In this document: piece after piece, positions 14,451-15,629 of the stretch
Position numbering within the stretch: the first letter of the stretch is position 1
Layout of the letters: each line of letters begins with the position of its first letter
Source of the DNA: an archaeon
GTDB taxonomy: Archaea > Iainarchaeota > Iainarchaeia > Iainarchaeales > CSSED10-239
Direction of reading: 5' to 3'
NCBI GenBank assembly: GCA_037147375.1
Contig: JBAWVI010000008.1
Location: 1-15,629, forward strand
DNA length: 15,629 nucleotides
The notes under the pieces: generated by a model
Told to the model about the DNA's origin: nothing
What the model saw: only the letters and a program-made list of their open reading frames with translations
The model's database searches: none
Made by a program: the position numbers and the translations under genes

Positions 14451-14463
14451 AATTGTGATTTTT

Positions 14464-14727
14464 ATGAATAAGCACTTAAATTTTGTTAAAGGATATAATG
14501 GTTCACTTGAAGAACTTGCAGATGCGATTGGATATATGAGATATGAACAAACATCTATTTTTATTGAAAAGCTCGCTGCAAATATTAAAAAACAATCAGA
14601 TGCAGATAAAGTAAAAGGAAGAACAAAATTATCCAATAAGTTATTATCCTGCTCAACCAAACTTTATGAAGCAAAAAAGGAAATTGATGATGCATGGAAT
14701 ATTTGTATTCCTTTTATGAAAGATTAA
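14464..14727 (+). CDS. Small helical hypothetical protein (87 aa)
   Basis: The ORF-track start (14416) overlaps the preceding gene by 35 nt. The ATG at 14464 (MNKHLNFVKGY...) follows the phosphoesterase stop by 13 nt. The sequence is predicted to be all-helical (...LEELADAIGYMRYEQTSIFIEKLAANIKKQ...KLYEAKKEIDDAWNICIPFM). I cannot name a family. Confidence 0.5.
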   Translation: MNKHLNFVKGYNGSLEELADAIGYMRYEQTSIFIEKLAANIKKQSDADKVKGRTKLSNKLLSCSTKLYEAKKEIDDAWNICIPFMKD

Positions 14728-14738
14728 TTAAATTAATC
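14722..14738. repeat. 17-bp palindrome GATTAATT-A-AATTAATC spanning both convergent stop codons (small ORF and uvrC)
   Basis: The 8-bp inverted arms are perfect. The plus-strand TAA (14725..14727) and minus-strand TAA (complement of 14733..14735) both lie inside it. It is entirely A/T apart from the terminal G/C, so a hairpin would be weak. Confidence 0.3.
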
Positions 14739-15629
14739 CTTTCTTCTAATTTCTTTCTTTCTTAATAGCTTGTTATAAGTTATAGCAAACCTATGTGCTT
14801 CATCTCTTATTCTTTGTACTAATTGAAGAGCCGAGTTTCTTTTATCAAGCTTTATTGGATGAATCTTATTTTCAAGATATATTTCTTCTTCTCTTTTTGC
14901 AATTGAGATGATTGGTATCTTCTTGTAAAGGTTTAATTCATCAAGAGCCTTAATTCCAGAATCAAGTTGTCCTTTTCCACCATCAATTATAATTAAATTT
15001 GGAAAAGATTGATTTTCTTGCATTAGTCTCTTATACCTTCTTGTAACTACTTCTTTTATTGCTTTGTAATCATCAACTTTTCCTGACTCTAGAGTGTTTA
15101 TCTTAAATCTTCTATATCCTTTCTTATTTTCTTTTCCATCTACAAATTGTACCATTGAAGCAACTGTAAGGGTTCCAGAAAGATGAGAAATATCAAAGCA
15201 TTCAATTATTCTTGGAGTTTCTAGTAAGCCCAGAGAATCTTTTAATAGTTCAAGAGAGTTTATGTTTCTCAAAAGAGTTACTTCTATATTTTTCTTTGAG
15301 AGAAGAAGAAGTTCTTTCTTTTCTCCTGATTTTGGAATTATGAAACCAAGTTTAATATTAAGATTTTTAAAAAAATCAATTGTTAATGAATTCAATGTAT
15401 GTGGGATAATTATTTCTTTAGGCAATTCTTTTTTCTTTGCATAATAATCAATTACAAACTCATCTAAAACATCTTCTTCAAAAATATCATAAATAAATTC
15501 TTGTTTATTTATTAATAATCCTTTTGAAATATTAAATAATATAAAATAAGCTTTATTGTTTACAATAGTATAATTAATAATATCTTGATCAAAGCTTTTT
15601 TGTTTTTCAACATTTTGTTTTTCAGATAA
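14733..15629 (-). CDS. uvrC: Excinuclease ABC subunit C (UvrC), C-terminal 298 codons; the 5' end lies beyond the right edge; no (HhH)2 tail
   Basis: The RNase H-like endonuclease domain motifs are present: FDISHLSG, GYRRFKI, DDYKAIKEVVTRRY, LIIIDGGKGQL and RIRDEAHRFAITYNK. The ORF-track 'start' at 15425 is an internal TTG. My hand translation shows the frame stays open to 15629 (...YYAKKKELPKEIIIPH...). Confidence 0.93.
   Translation of the reverse strand, partial: LSEKQNVEKQKSFDQDIINYTIVNNKAYFILFNISKGLLINKQEFIYDIFEEDVLDEFVIDYYAKKKELPKEIIIPHTLNSLTIDFFKNLNIKLGFIIPKSGEKKELLLLSKKNIEVTLLRNINSLELLKDSLGLLETPRIIECFDISHLSGTLTVASMVQFVDGKENKKGYRRFKINTLESGKVDDYKAIKEVVTRRYKRLMQENQSFPNLIIIDGGKGQLDSGIKALDELNLYKKIPIISIAKREEEIYLENKIHPIKLDKRNSALQLVQRIRDEAHRFAITYNKLLRKKEIRRKD

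Noticed and set aside
14416-14463. 16-codon N-terminal extension of the small helical protein, overlapping the phosphoesterase gene end
   Set aside because: It overlaps the preceding CDS by 35 nt. The internal ATG at 14464 gives a clean 13-nt intergenic gap, so the extension is unnecessary.
14406-14660. 84-aa minus-strand ORF downstream of the uvrC stop. I examined it as a possible frameshifted continuation carrying the missing HhH domain.
   Set aside because: The translation shows no Gly-hydrophobic-Gly hairpin or HhH-like pattern. It is antisense to the small plus-strand gene and does not abut the uvrC stop.
15423-15425. ORF-track start codon for uvrC (translated as M)
   Set aside because: The codon is an internal TTG (Leu). 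My hand translation shows the frame stays open upstream to the window edge (15629) with UvrC-like sequence, so the gene is 5'-truncated by the window rather than starting here.
15262-15444. 60-aa plus-strand ORF inside uvrC
   Set aside because: It is an antisense shadow ORF.
1-15629. CRISPR arrays, rRNA genes, C/D-box or other structured ncRNAs, transposases and toxin-antitoxin pairs
   Set aside because: I saw no regularly spaced direct repeats. The spacers (1132-1360, 3594-3709, 6089-6289, 8257-8339, 11133-11327, 13260-13364) contain no RUGAUGA...CUGA box pairs and no GC-rich structured segments. No ORF shows transposase, integrase or typical toxin motifs.

Overview
This is a very AT-rich (by eye roughly 70% A+T), tightly packed archaeal chromosomal fragment. 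The archaeal call rests on a TFB (TFIIB-type) transcription factor and ribosomal protein L15e. Other signs are TATA/BRE-like promoters, GGAGG/GAGGT ribosome-binding sites and a tRNA with no encoded CCA. The style fits a small-genome, low-GC archaeon (DPANN-like), but lineage cannot be fixed without a database search. All family calls come from motif recognition in the translated ORFs; no search was run.

Left to right, I can support:
- the trxB 5' end (-) and tfb (-)
- a small Cys-rich membrane-anchored ORF (+)
- a Gpt-type purine phosphoribosyltransferase (-), co-oriented with a 487-aa protein that looks like a HerA/FtsK-type P-loop core with substituted Walker motifs (-)
- an acidic coiled-coil protein (+)
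- a tight minus-strand string: rpl15e, two small membrane proteins, then a basic 159-aa protein
- a plus-strand co-directional run: ThiS/TtuB-like beta-grasp ORF lacking the C-terminal Gly-Gly, TtuA/NcsA-type tRNA 2-thiolation enzyme, TVP38/DedA membrane protein, tRNA-Val(GAC), GH3-family adenylating amido-synthetase, DUF2817/M14-like zinc hydrolase
- uvrB (-)
- a membrane-anchored metallophosphoesterase plus a small helical protein (+)
- uvrC (-, 5' end off the window), which appears to lack the usual C-terminal (HhH)2 domain

There is no CRISPR array, transposase, integrase or rRNA.

The items most worth follow-up are:
- the GH3 + M14-like gene pair
- the GG-less ThiS-like gene, with a palindrome at the predicted transcription start of the ttuA operon
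- the degenerate P-loop protein
- the HhH-less UvrC
- a 24-bp perfect palindrome centred on the tfb stop codon
- an unlisted 48-codon basic ORF downstream of uvrB

None of these is proven to be a new system; they are hypotheses with stated tests.
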